From Candidatus Moraniibacteriota bacterium (lineage in GTDB: Bacteria; Patescibacteriota; Minisyncoccia; Moranbacterales; UBA1568), in NCBI GenBank assembly GCA_052034935.1, contig JBPOIB010000001.1, positions 236,173-300,172 on the forward strand: 64,000 bases of DNA, read 5' to 3'. Shown here piece by piece: positions 19,252-28,657 of this stretch. Below the pieces are notes generated by a model. The model saw only the letters and a program-made list of their open reading frames with translations. It did not search any database and had not been told where the DNA came from. Both the position numbers and the translations under genes were made by a program. Position 1 is the stretch's first letter; every line of letters starts with the position of its first letter.

Positions 19252-20427
19252 TTATGGCTTATGCCGGACGTGAATCGTCTGATACAGATGGAAGAGCTTT
19301 TCAGCACTTTTTTTCCATGAATACAGGCTTTCCTTCTCTTCACGCTCTCCGGCGCCGACCGCTTTTCCAATCCCATTTTCCGGGTCAGCAATAGAGAAAG
19401 TATACAAAGTTTCTGCCGTCTGAGCAAGACTATGAGGATCAAAATAGACTATCCGGTCCCGCCCAACTTCTCGGAACGCCGGGATATCCGAAGCGAGCAC
19501 TGGGACGCTCAAAGCGAGTGCTTCCTCGATGGGAATGCCGAATCCTTCGTAGAGAGAGGGGAAAATAAAGGCCCGAGAACCGGCGACAAGCGCCCGGAGC
19601 TCCGCATCACTCACATAGCCGGTGAATACGATGCTGCCCGGACGCGTACCAGCAGCAACGGTCTGATCGACATTATGTCCTGCCCTGTCGCCTGTCAAAA
19701 CAAGCCTAAAATTGAAGGATTCTTTCTCCAAAGCTAATCCGAAAGCCTCGATAAGAAAGGCGATATTCTTCCGGGGCTGCATGGTGCCTGACGAGAGGAA
19801 GTATTTTTTCTTCTCAAGACCAAATTTTTCCAGCACTGCGCGAATTTCGTTTTCAGAAATTTCCGCAAACCATTCTTCTGCCGCCGCGTTTTCGATAACC
19901 CGGACCTTCCCCTCCGCCTTCGGGTAGCGGGTGAGAATCTCACTTCGGGTGAATTCAGAAACCGCAACAATCGCATCTGAACGGGAAATCGTCCGCGGGA
20001 TGAGAAGTGAGAGAAAGAAAAGATCGCGCTTCGGAATCCATTCCGGATGAGCCACAAAAGAGACATCATGGATATGTGTGACGACCTTTAATTTCCGCGG
20101 GAGCCACAGCGGAAGAATATACTGGGTATGAAAAACATCGACCGGATTGTGGAGGAGTCGCCACGGCAGCACGAAGGCGTTCCAGCTAAAGCGGTTCTTC
20201 GCAGAGAGTGGGACGATCTCGACGTCTATTCGGCCGAGACACTCGAGCTTCACCTGGAGCGCAGCGAGTTTCTCATCGCGCCGTTCGTCGGTATAGAGCT
20301 CATAGCGCACGCCAACATCCTTCCGTCGGATGAGCTCCCGAACGAGTTGGAAGAAGACAACTTCATCTCCGGTCCGGTTCTTGCCGATGAGCCGAATATC
20401 GATACCGATAGCAAGTGGTTCTGTCAT
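19252..20427 (-). CDS. Glycosyltransferase family 4
   Basis: HIHDVSF, AVSEFT, RKN, FPSLYEGFGIPIEEA. Confidence 0.92.
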   Translation of the reverse strand: MTEPLAIGIDIRLIGKNRTGDEVVFFQLVRELIRRKDVGVRYELYTDERRDEKLAALQVKLECLGRIDVEIVPLSAKNRFSWNAFVLPWRLLHNPVDVFHTQYILPLWLPRKLKVVTHIHDVSFVAHPEWIPKRDLFFLSLLIPRTISRSDAIVAVSEFTRSEILTRYPKAEGKVRVIENAAAEEWFAEISENEIRAVLEKFGLEKKKYFLSSGTMQPRKNIAFLIEAFGLALEKESFNFRLVLTGDRAGHNVDQTVAAGTRPGSIVFTGYVSDAELRALVAGSRAFIFPSLYEGFGIPIEEALALSVPVLASDIPAFREVGRDRIVYFDPHSLAQTAETLYTFSIADPENGIGKAVGAGEREEKESLYSWKKSAEKLFHLYQTIHVRHKP

Positions 20428-20431
20428 ATAT

Positions 20432-22012
20432 CTAAGCTCTTTTCACGATTCGGGCTGGAAAAATAATGGGCAGAGCGGCGAAAAAGATCCAGACGAACCC
20501 GATAAGAAGTCCGGCATTAAAAAGATTGAAGGTAAGGAAGGTAATAAGCAACGCGCCAGCTAGAACGGCCGAATCCATCACTGGCCGCTTTTCCCGGTCG
20601 AGCACTCGTTTCCCTATTTCAAAAGCGACCCAACCGAAGAATCCGAGAAGTGAAAGAAGGCCGATGAGGCCCGCGCCGAGCCAGGTCTCGAGCCAGAGAT
20701 TGCTCGTATTGTAGGCCGCTCCGTTCTCATCTTCACCGAGTATCACCCCGATATTACCCCAGCCGATCCCGACGATCGGATGAGCTTTGATCTCAGTCCA
20801 GGTCTTTTCATAGATTGCGCTTCTGATCTCGACGTTCGGATCGAGACGTTTCGTCGTAGCAATACTGTAGCCCGCCCCCTCGAGTGTCGAACGTTCCTCA
20901 AGGTCAACATGGCGGCAGCCGAGCGGCGTGAGCTCCGAAAGCGTCGCGATCTGTTCCGGCAAGACAGTCGGCTGTTCGCAGGCGACCGTGATTTCCTGGA
21001 GGCCCGTTGCGGTACTCTCAGCTCGGTTCATGAGATCGAAGCGTGTGAGCGGTATTTCCACCACAATAATGAGCGCGATAATGAGTGCGATAACGGAAAG
21101 CTCAGCCGCCTGAAAAACCGAGCGCACTGTCGAGCGTCTGGCAGAGAGCAGCGTCACGCCGAACCAGACAGCAAGCCCGATACCGGCGCCAAGCCAAGCA
21201 CTCCGGCTGACCGAGATGACGAGGACAGCGCTCACCGGCACGAGGAGAAGCGTCTCAAAAAAGGCTGATGGAAAGAAGGTTTTTCCGCCGTCCTGAATTG
21301 CTTGAATTGAGTGGGCCAGTTTCGCGATTCCGAGAATAAGAAGCAGTGCAGCAAAGAACCCAAGCCAGTCGGGTTCCGCAAACGTGGCATTCGGCCGCCC
21401 AGGCATCACCGATGAGAGTGTTCCTCCGTATTCGAAAGAAATATTCTGGGCGATTCCATACAAGAGCACCGGGAAACCGGCCGCTACAAAAGTAGCGAGA
21501 CCAAGCCGCACATCGTTCAGCGTCTTGAAGAAGACACGAGCGAGAAAATAAAGCGCATAAAATGACGCTACGATAATCCCAAGCCGCATCCCCTCCCCGC
21601 CAGCAATCATCCCTGACAAGAGTGCACCGATCGGAAGCAGGCCGAGAAAAAGGTCGAGCGGATGGAGTGTAAGGAGCGGCCATGCCGACCGCTTGGTCCC
21701 GACCCGAATAGCGAGGGCAATGGCAAGAAGGAGAAAGAGCCACTGATACGGCCGCAGACTCGTGCCAAAGGCTTCCGGCAAGAGATTCAGCATTTCGAAA
21801 GGGAGGAGTGCGAGGAGAAGCAAAAAGCACCAGTTAGGCCGGTACAGGCAGGCAAGTCCCATGAGGATGCTCCAAAAAACCAGATTCACCGAATCAAACG
21901 GAAAAAGATTCTGAGCAAGCAGGCCGAGACCGGAAACCAAAACAGCGAGTGTCGGAAAGACGACATTCGGATTCTTCAACCAACGGTGGTATCGGGTAAA
22001 AAAGGATTCCAT
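20432..22012 (-). CDS. O-antigen ligase / Wzy-like membrane protein
   Basis: Multi-TM, RPNATFAEPD, SRSAW, R..HPIVGIGWG; start at MESFFT. Confidence 0.85.
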   Translation of the reverse strand: MESFFTRYHRWLKNPNVVFPTLAVLVSGLGLLAQNLFPFDSVNLVFWSILMGLACLYRPNWCFLLLLALLPFEMLNLLPEAFGTSLRPYQWLFLLLAIALAIRVGTKRSAWPLLTLHPLDLFLGLLPIGALLSGMIAGGEGMRLGIIVASFYALYFLARVFFKTLNDVRLGLATFVAAGFPVLLYGIAQNISFEYGGTLSSVMPGRPNATFAEPDWLGFFAALLLILGIAKLAHSIQAIQDGGKTFFPSAFFETLLLVPVSAVLVISVSRSAWLGAGIGLAVWFGVTLLSARRSTVRSVFQAAELSVIALIIALIIVVEIPLTRFDLMNRAESTATGLQEITVACEQPTVLPEQIATLSELTPLGCRHVDLEERSTLEGAGYSIATTKRLDPNVEIRSAIYEKTWTEIKAHPIVGIGWGNIGVILGEDENGAAYNTSNLWLETWLGAGLIGLLSLLGFFGWVAFEIGKRVLDREKRPVMDSAVLAGALLITFLTFNLFNAGLLIGFVWIFFAALPIIFPARIVKRA

Positions 22013-22038
22013 ATGCTCTGGTGACGCGACTATTAACG

Positions 22039-23184
22039 CTATGGTAGCAGAGCGCGGAAGACTGCAGAAGCAAACGCGTCCCAATGGTACTGCTTCGCTC
22101 GCTCGCGGCCGAGTGCACTCAGCCGGTCCCGTTCGGCCGGATCTGCTAGGAGTTTGCTGATCGCTTCGACTAAGTTCTCAACGCTATCGGTAACGACGAG
22201 ATGAGCCGCACCACCCGCGAGCTCGCTGAGCGAGCCGGCGGCAGTCGTGATAACCGGCGTCCCAGAAGCGAAGGCTTCGAGGACCGGCAGCCCGAAACCC
22301 TCATAGCGTGAAGGAAAAACGAAAATCAAAGCACTCTGATAGATTGCCGACAGATCAGCATCCGGAACGAAACCGATAAGCTGCACCGTTTCGCCGAGCC
22401 CGTATTCGTCGATGAGCGAGCGGACCGGCGTGGCCATCGGATTCGATTCATCGTGGACCGTACCGCTGATAACAAGCTTCGGTACACTCTCGGGTGCCGA
22501 ACCTCGGACGAGCTTACGATAGGCTTCGAGCAGCACCTGCGTATTTTTCCGTCGCTCAAGCCCTCCGCCGTGATAGATATATCCCGTTGCGAGTCCATAC
22601 CGTTCCAGCACCGCTCGTCTCTCTTCAATCGGAACCGAAACATCGAAGCGTTCATCAATTCCGAGATTCGCCACGGCGATCCGACGACCCGGCACTTCGA
22701 GGAGTGTTTCGAGATCTTTTTTCGTCGCTTCCGAAGGAGTAATGAGGAGCGGCGCTTTGCGGATCGCTTTCAGTATCGCCCGATAATGGAAGCGCTGACG
22801 AAAATTCCGGAGATACTCAGGGAAACGGTACGGGATCAGATCGTGGACGAGCATCGTATGCCGCACCGAGGGTGGGAGGATGGTGGCAGCCTGATAGGGA
22901 CTGAAAAAGACTTCGCAACTGTCCGTTTTGACCGCTTTCGGAAGTGAGAAACGCTCCCAGAAAAAACGATGCGGGATGTCGTCACGCTGCCAGAAAGTCG
23001 TCACGTGTCGAAATCGCCAATTCGTTGGCCAATTTCCTGCCGGTACTTCGCCTTCGTAGTACCAGATCCACTCATGCACCGACTGTTCCGGAAGCCTGGC
23101 GAGCGAACGCATGAACTGAAGCGTGACGACACCGATACCGGTCGCCGGCTTCTGAAAATAATTCGCATTGATACCGATTCTCAT
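22039..23184 (-). CDS. Glycosyltransferase family 4
   Basis: VHDLIP, RKN, FPSRYEGFGLPVLEA. Confidence 0.92.
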   Translation of the reverse strand: MRIGINANYFQKPATGIGVVTLQFMRSLARLPEQSVHEWIWYYEGEVPAGNWPTNWRFRHVTTFWQRDDIPHRFFWERFSLPKAVKTDSCEVFFSPYQAATILPPSVRHTMLVHDLIPYRFPEYLRNFRQRFHYRAILKAIRKAPLLITPSEATKKDLETLLEVPGRRIAVANLGIDERFDVSVPIEERRAVLERYGLATGYIYHGGGLERRKNTQVLLEAYRKLVRGSAPESVPKLVISGTVHDESNPMATPVRSLIDEYGLGETVQLIGFVPDADLSAIYQSALIFVFPSRYEGFGLPVLEAFASGTPVITTAAGSLSELAGGAAHLVVTDSVENLVEAISKLLADPAERDRLSALGRERAKQYHWDAFASAVFRALLP

Positions 23185-23813
23185 AGGTTCCGTTCCGGCT
23201 TTGGACCAGATGAACGCGCCGTACGGGCGACTTCCTGCAAGTCTTTCAGGACTTTGTTCATTTCTTCAACAAGTGGATGTTTCAAACGCTCGCTGATCAC
23301 ACGGTCTGCCTCGGTATAGAACCAGTCGAGGTCCTCGGCACTCCGCCGAAATTTGTGCCAGACTTCGTCGCCGTAGACCTGGTATTCATCGATGAGTCCC
23401 CGCATGTTGTGAATCTTATCCGCCGCCGCAACCAAGAGTGCTTCGGGTGTGTCGTTCTTCAAATTGTCGAGGTACCGTTCCTTCCGTGTCCGCCATGAGC
23501 CGTTGTCCCCGCGGAGGAGGTGATTCAGCTTTTCCGCCTGCGTGTAGTCCTCAGTCACCTCTTTGACGATTTGGAAAACACGCTCGCCGAACTCATCTTT
23601 GAGCATCGCTTCGGTGTATTCCGGCGTATCCTCGAGCACATCATGAAGGAGTCCTGCGATGATCACATCCTCATCGTCGACGTAGTGCGCCAAGAGAAAA
23701 GCGACGGAGTACGGATGAACGATGTACGGCACCCCGCTCACTTTCCGTTTCTGGAAATGATGAAGCACCGTCGCACGGACGATCGCCTGTTCGATTCTTT
23801 GAGTGAGAAACAT
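23181..23813 (-). CDS. HD-domain protein, Mesh1/small alarmone hydrolase-like
   Basis: HHFQKRK.SGVPYIVHP, LLHDVLED, EVTED, ADKIHN; start at MFLTQR. Confidence 0.88.
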   Translation of the reverse strand: MFLTQRIEQAIVRATVLHHFQKRKVSGVPYIVHPYSVAFLLAHYVDDEDVIIAGLLHDVLEDTPEYTEAMLKDEFGERVFQIVKEVTEDYTQAEKLNHLLRGDNGSWRTRKERYLDNLKNDTPEALLVAAADKIHNMRGLIDEYQVYGDEVWHKFRRSAEDLDWFYTEADRVISERLKHPLVEEMNKVLKDLQEVARTARSSGPKPERNL

Positions 23814-23939
23814 AGTATTCTCATTGTATTCTTTTCTCTGTTTCAAGCCAAACCGCCGCATTTTTACCTTGCCGGAGCGAGAGATATTCCGTACAATACG
23901 GCTAGTTTCCCGCAATCATTTTTATCCCCTGAATCCCTT

Positions 23940-25223
23940 ATGTCCAAGCCAAAAGTCGTCGCTGTCATCGGTCTCGGTTATGTCGGATTGCCCTTGGCAC
24001 TCCGGGCGAGCGAACGTGGATATATGACTATCGGTTTTGATACGAGCGAGAAAAAAATCGCACTTCTCAAGAAAGGCGTCTCCCCGATCGAGGATCCCTT
24101 TCTGAAAGAAAATGTCGGCCGCTACAAGATCGAAGCGACGAGTGATGCCAAAGCGCTCAAGAAAGCGGATATCTTTCTCATCTGCGTCCCGACACCGGTC
24201 GATGATTCCTACTATCCTGACTTGACGCCGGTCAAGAACGCGGCCGAGCTCGTCGCGACGCATGCCAAAAAGGGCGCGCTCGTCGTCCTTGAATCGACCG
24301 TGAACCCGGGCGTCTCCGAGGAAGTGGTGAAGCCGATTTTCGAAGCACGCAAGAAAATGGTCGGCCGGGATGTCTATCTCGCCCACTGTCCCGAGCGCAT
24401 CAATCCCGGCGATGCCAAGTGGAACGTGACGAATATCCCCCGCGTCGTCGGTTCCTTCGATGCGGAAGGTCTTGCCTTGGCGCTCGATTTCTACCAGTCG
24501 ATTGTCGATGCCGAAATCCGGCCGATGAAATCTATCCGCGAAGCCGAAGCAGTGAAGATCGTCGAGAACTCCTTCCGGGACATCAACATCGCCTTCGTCA
24601 ACGAGCTCGCCCGCTCTTTCGATGTGCTTGGTATCGATACCAAAGACGTGATTGACGGCGCGGCGACCAAACCGTTCGCCTTCATGGCGCATTATCCGTC
24701 CTGCGGTGTCGGCGGCCATTGCATCCCGGTCGACCCCTATTACCTCATCGAGCGGGCCAAACAGTCCGGCTTCGACCACCGTTTCCTGAAAATCGCCCGC
24801 GAGATCAACAACAGCATGCCCGAATACACGGTCGAGCTGATGCAGGACGCACTCAACGAGGAGAAACTCCCGCTCCATGGCACGACGGTCGGTGTGCTCG
24901 GTGTCGCCTACAAGGCGAACATCGATGACCTCCGTGAATCGCCCGCGCTGAAAATCATCGAGTCCTTAAAGCGCCACAAAGCGAAGGTCATCACCTATGA
25001 TCCGCATGTCCCGGCACACTCAACCGAGAAAACGCTCGCCGGCTTCTTGAAGAAGGCTGATGCCATCATCCTTGCTACCGACCATCGCGAGTTCAAAGAG
25101 AAGGTAACTCCTGCACTCCTCAAGGAAAACGGGGTCAAGGTCTTCATCGACGGCAAGAACGCGTTCGCCAAGGCCGATTTCGCCAAGGCCGGCGTCCATT
25201 ATCACGGCATCGGCCGCGCCTAA
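23940..25223 (+). CDS. UDP-N-acetylhexosamine 6-dehydrogenase (WbpA/TviB/WecC-like)
   Basis: GLGYVGLP, CVPTP, ESTVNPG, PERINPG, ENSFRDINIA, GGHCIPVDPYYL, DLRESP. Confidence 0.93.
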   Translation: MSKPKVVAVIGLGYVGLPLALRASERGYMTIGFDTSEKKIALLKKGVSPIEDPFLKENVGRYKIEATSDAKALKKADIFLICVPTPVDDSYYPDLTPVKNAAELVATHAKKGALVVLESTVNPGVSEEVVKPIFEARKKMVGRDVYLAHCPERINPGDAKWNVTNIPRVVGSFDAEGLALALDFYQSIVDAEIRPMKSIREAEAVKIVENSFRDINIAFVNELARSFDVLGIDTKDVIDGAATKPFAFMAHYPSCGVGGHCIPVDPYYLIERAKQSGFDHRFLKIAREINNSMPEYTVELMQDALNEEKLPLHGTTVGVLGVAYKANIDDLRESPALKIIESLKRHKAKVITYDPHVPAHSTEKTLAGFLKKADAIILATDHREFKEKVTPALLKENGVKVFIDGKNAFAKADFAKAGVHYHGIGRA

Positions 25224-25229
25224 CCCGCT

Positions 25230-25496
25230 ATGATTTTCGGACTCATTCGAATCGTCATCTGGCTCGCCGGCGTCGCGGTCATCGCCTATTTCCTCCTCCC
25301 CTTTGTTGGGTATCGATTCAACTGGGACTATTTCCAGGACCGGAAAGTGCAGTGCGAAAAAATCATCCGCCAGTGCCAGAGCGATCTGGTGAAGACCGGC
25401 ATCGAAGGAGCGAGAGAGAACTGCCCCTGGAAATGTGTCGATCCGAAACTCCTCATAAAAAAAGACTCGTCCGAAGAGAATCAACCGGCTAATTAA
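25230..25496 (+). CDS. Small membrane protein with four Cys
   Basis: N-terminal TM, C-x6-C...C-x3-C; tight operon spacing. Confidence 0.7.
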   Translation: MIFGLIRIVIWLAGVAVIAYFLLPFVGYRFNWDYFQDRKVQCEKIIRQCQSDLVKTGIEGARENCPWKCVDPKLLIKKDSSEENQPAN

Positions 25497-25502
25497 AACA
25501 CT

Positions 25503-26456
25503 ATGCGACTCATCATCAATATCCCAGCCTATAACGAAGAGTCCGTCATCGGCAAGACGATTTCAGCAATGCCCCGCCACTTCGATGGCATCGATGAAGT
25601 GCTTGTTCAGGTCGTCGACGACGGCTCGTCCGACAGCACCGCCCGGGTCGCCAAGGAGGCCGGCGCGGATTTCGTCCTCCGGCACGGTATCAATCGCCGG
25701 CTCGGGGTGATGTTTGCGACCGCGACCGAGAACGCACTCAAAGAGGGTGCCGATATCATGGTGAACATCGACGCTGACGGACAATTCGATTCCGGCGAAA
25801 TCCAAAAGCTCATCGATCCGATTCTCCGCTTCGAGGCTGACATGGTTGTCGGCGACCGTTTCTCGGAGTCTTCCGCCAAGAACATCCCCTGGATCAAAGA
25901 CGCACTCAATCGTCTGGGCGCCTCGCTCGTCGGCTCCTTCCTCAATGTGAAGACGGTTGACCTTACTTGCGGCTTCCGTGCCCATAGCCGCGAGACCTTG
26001 CTCCGACTCAATAACCCGACTGGTTTTACTTATACCCAGGAGACCATCATCGATGCCATCGGTAAGAACCTTCGTGTCGTCTGGCTCCCGGTCCAGGTCA
26101 CCTATTTCGCCGATCGCAAGTCGAAAATCGTGAAGAGTGTCTGGAGCTTCGTGAATAACAGCGCCCGCATCATCCTCAAAGCCGTCCGCGATGTCCGTCC
26201 GATGAAATTCTTCGGCATCCCCGGACTTGTCCTCATCGCTCTCTCACTCATCGGCTTCATCGGCTTCTTCATCCAATATCTGTCGCATGACTTCAAGGTA
26301 ACACCGTACCTCAACTATCTCCTCTTCGCGAGCGTCACCTCGCTCGTCGGTATTCAGCTCCTCGTTTTCGCTTTCATCGCCGACATGATCAAATCGAGCC
26401 GCAAGCTGACCGAAGATCTCGCCTACTTCATCAAGAAGGAAAAGTATCAGAAGTAA
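25503..26456 (+). CDS. Glycosyltransferase family 2 (polyprenol-phosphate glycosyltransferase-like) with C-terminal TMs
   Basis: IPAYNEE, VDDGSSD, DADGQ, two C-terminal TM helices. Confidence 0.9.
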   Translation: MRLIINIPAYNEESVIGKTISAMPRHFDGIDEVLVQVVDDGSSDSTARVAKEAGADFVLRHGINRRLGVMFATATENALKEGADIMVNIDADGQFDSGEIQKLIDPILRFEADMVVGDRFSESSAKNIPWIKDALNRLGASLVGSFLNVKTVDLTCGFRAHSRETLLRLNNPTGFTYTQETIIDAIGKNLRVVWLPVQVTYFADRKSKIVKSVWSFVNNSARIILKAVRDVRPMKFFGIPGLVLIALSLIGFIGFFIQYLSHDFKVTPYLNYLLFASVTSLVGIQLLVFAFIADMIKSSRKLTEDLAYFIKKEKYQK

Positions 26457-26478
26457 TAGTTAGAGTAGCCCACCCGCT

Positions 26479-27513
26479 ATGGAAGTACCATCATTCTATA
26501 AAAGACCAGAACTGAAAGTCGTTGGTGGTGCTTCATCCGAGAAAAAAGCCGCTGTTGCACATGAAATCCAGGATCACTTTTCGAACAACCGAGACAAAGT
26601 GAGGGCGGATGCATTGGAAAAACTCAAGATGATTGAGTACCCAAAAAAAGACTTCGAGAGGGCTGCGATTAAGGATATCAATGCTGTACTCAACGATATT
26701 TTGGTTGAAGTTGGTGCTGAGCCATTCGATATACCCGAAGAAAATATCTATATCCTGCCAGAATCAGCCTATCAAGAAATGGGCGGGAACAAGCGCGAAA
26801 GTGGACATGTAGGTCATGATAAACAATATATCGCTATCAATGGCGAGACGACCGATCATCCTTATAGTCGGATATCCGTCACGCTTCATGAGATGGTTCA
26901 CCTCAAAGGATTTGTTTCCGCGGAAGCGACTGGAGATAAGGATGCTCTTCGGAGAATTGGTCTTCAAACTCAGTCATCAATTAGTCAGGCCGCGGCGGCG
27001 AAAAGAAATTTCCGTCATTTTACAGGACTCAATGAAGCAGTAGTTGCCGAACTAGAAAAGCGACTTACTCCAACCATTATTGCTCGCAATCCATTTTTGA
27101 AAGCCGAACGAGAAAAGAATGGCAGTGCAGAGAATCAGGCGCTAAGAGAGAAAATTGCTACAGAAAACGAGTTGCCCATAGACGAAATTGTTTATGCCCG
27201 AGCCCTCGGACCTGAATCGAGAGAATACCTCACTTATTCCTACCGGAAACAGAGAGAGGTGCTTGATTATATTCTCGATTCCATTCAGCAGGCATCGCCA
27301 GAGACCTTTCCCTCACGCGATGAGGTATTTCTCCTCTTCCTCCAAGGTCATTTCAAGGGCGATCTCCTCCCGATGGCCAGGGCTATCAAGAATACCTTTG
27401 GTGTTGATGCGCTCCGAGTCATTGGCATGATGAACGCTAAAGATGGCGAGAGTTGCCAGCAAGTCTTGGAATATCTGAAGAGAAAAGGTGGTCATTTACG
27501 AAAACCGAGCTAA
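26479..27513 (+). CDS. Hypothetical protein with zincin motif (putative metallopeptidase)
   Basis: LHEMVH plus downstream GLNEAVV (HEXXH...E). Confidence 0.65.
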   Translation: MEVPSFYKRPELKVVGGASSEKKAAVAHEIQDHFSNNRDKVRADALEKLKMIEYPKKDFERAAIKDINAVLNDILVEVGAEPFDIPEENIYILPESAYQEMGGNKRESGHVGHDKQYIAINGETTDHPYSRISVTLHEMVHLKGFVSAEATGDKDALRRIGLQTQSSISQAAAAKRNFRHFTGLNEAVVAELEKRLTPTIIARNPFLKAEREKNGSAENQALREKIATENELPIDEIVYARALGPESREYLTYSYRKQREVLDYILDSIQQASPETFPSRDEVFLLFLQGHFKGDLLPMARAIKNTFGVDALRVIGMMNAKDGESCQQVLEYLKRKGGHLRKPS

Positions 27514-27517
27514 GTCT

Positions 27518-28654
27518 ATGCGTATTCTCTTCGTCTCGCGCGCGTTCCCACCGACAATCGGTGGCATCGAGCAGCAGAATGCTGACCTCGCTCACTTCCT
27601 TGGTATTGAAGCCGAGCTCACACTTATCGCCAACACGAGGGGTAAGTCCTTTCTGCCCGTCTTTTTTCCGTATGCGCTCGTAAAAACACTTTTTCTGCTT
27701 TCTCGTCATGATGTCCTCCTTCTTGGCGACGGCGTACTCGCGCCGCTCGGTGCCATCGCAAAACTCTTCCATCCAAAAAGAGCCGTCGTCTCCGTCGTCC
27801 ACGGCCTCGATCTCACCTTCGCGAAGAAAACGAGCCTCCTTGCTCGGATCTATCGTTTCTTCCATCTGCCCGCGCTCCGCATGCTCGACGGCATCATCTG
27901 CGTGAGCAGACAGACCAAAGAGGTCGCCCACTCGCTCGGTATCGACGACACCCGAGCTTTCGTCATCCCGAATGGCATTCATCCCGAGGCCTTTGCAAAG
28001 AAAGCGGAATACACTCGCGAAGCGCTCGCCGCCCTCCTCCAGAAAGACCTCACTGGTAAACAAGTCGTCCTGCGTCTCGGTCGTTTCGTCGAACACAAAG
28101 GCGTTGAGTGGTTCATCCGAAACGTTGTGCCGAAACTCCCGGAACACGTACTCTTTGTCGCGGCCGGCGGTGTCGCCAAAAAAGGTATCCCTGGTGACCA
28201 GAGTTTCTTCCCACGCTGTGTCGCCGCGATCGAAGAACTCGGCCTGTCCGAGCGCGTCATGCTCCGCACCAATATCCCGAGTGATGAGGTCCAACTTCTC
28301 CTCCACACGGCTGACCTCGCCGTCGCGCCCAATGTCCCGGTCGCCGGTACGATGGAGGGTTTCGGCATCTCTGTGCTCGAAGCGAGTGTTTCCGGTCTCC
28401 CCATTGTCGTCTCGCGGCTTGAAGGACTTCAGGAGGCAGTCGTCGACGGAGAAAACGGCATCTTCGCCGAGCCCGGCGATGCCGATGATTTCGCACAAAA
28501 AATTACTGCCCTCCTCGCTGACGATACCCGCCGGAAAACATTTGGCGTTGCATCCGCCGAGTACACAGTCGAACATTTCGGCTGGACGAAACTCTCCCAG
28601 TCGTATCTCTCGCTTCTCGAAGACTTCCGGAAAAGCGCTCTTGATAGCCACTAA
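27518..28654 (+). CDS. Glycosyltransferase family 4 (PimB-like)
   Basis: FPPTIGGIE, HGLD, GRFVEHKG, EGFGISVLEA. Confidence 0.92.
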   Translation: MRILFVSRAFPPTIGGIEQQNADLAHFLGIEAELTLIANTRGKSFLPVFFPYALVKTLFLLSRHDVLLLGDGVLAPLGAIAKLFHPKRAVVSVVHGLDLTFAKKTSLLARIYRFFHLPALRMLDGIICVSRQTKEVAHSLGIDDTRAFVIPNGIHPEAFAKKAEYTREALAALLQKDLTGKQVVLRLGRFVEHKGVEWFIRNVVPKLPEHVLFVAAGGVAKKGIPGDQSFFPRCVAAIEELGLSERVMLRTNIPSDEVQLLLHTADLAVAPNVPVAGTMEGFGISVLEASVSGLPIVVSRLEGLQEAVVDGENGIFAEPGDADDFAQKITALLADDTRRKTFGVASAEYTVEHFGWTKLSQSYLSLLEDFRKSALDSH

Positions 28655-28657
28655 ACT

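Noticed and set aside
23520-23939. 140 aa N-terminal extension of the dehydrogenase in the ORF track
   Set aside because: Overlaps the HD gene on the opposite strand; the Rossmann fold begins just after ATG 23940.
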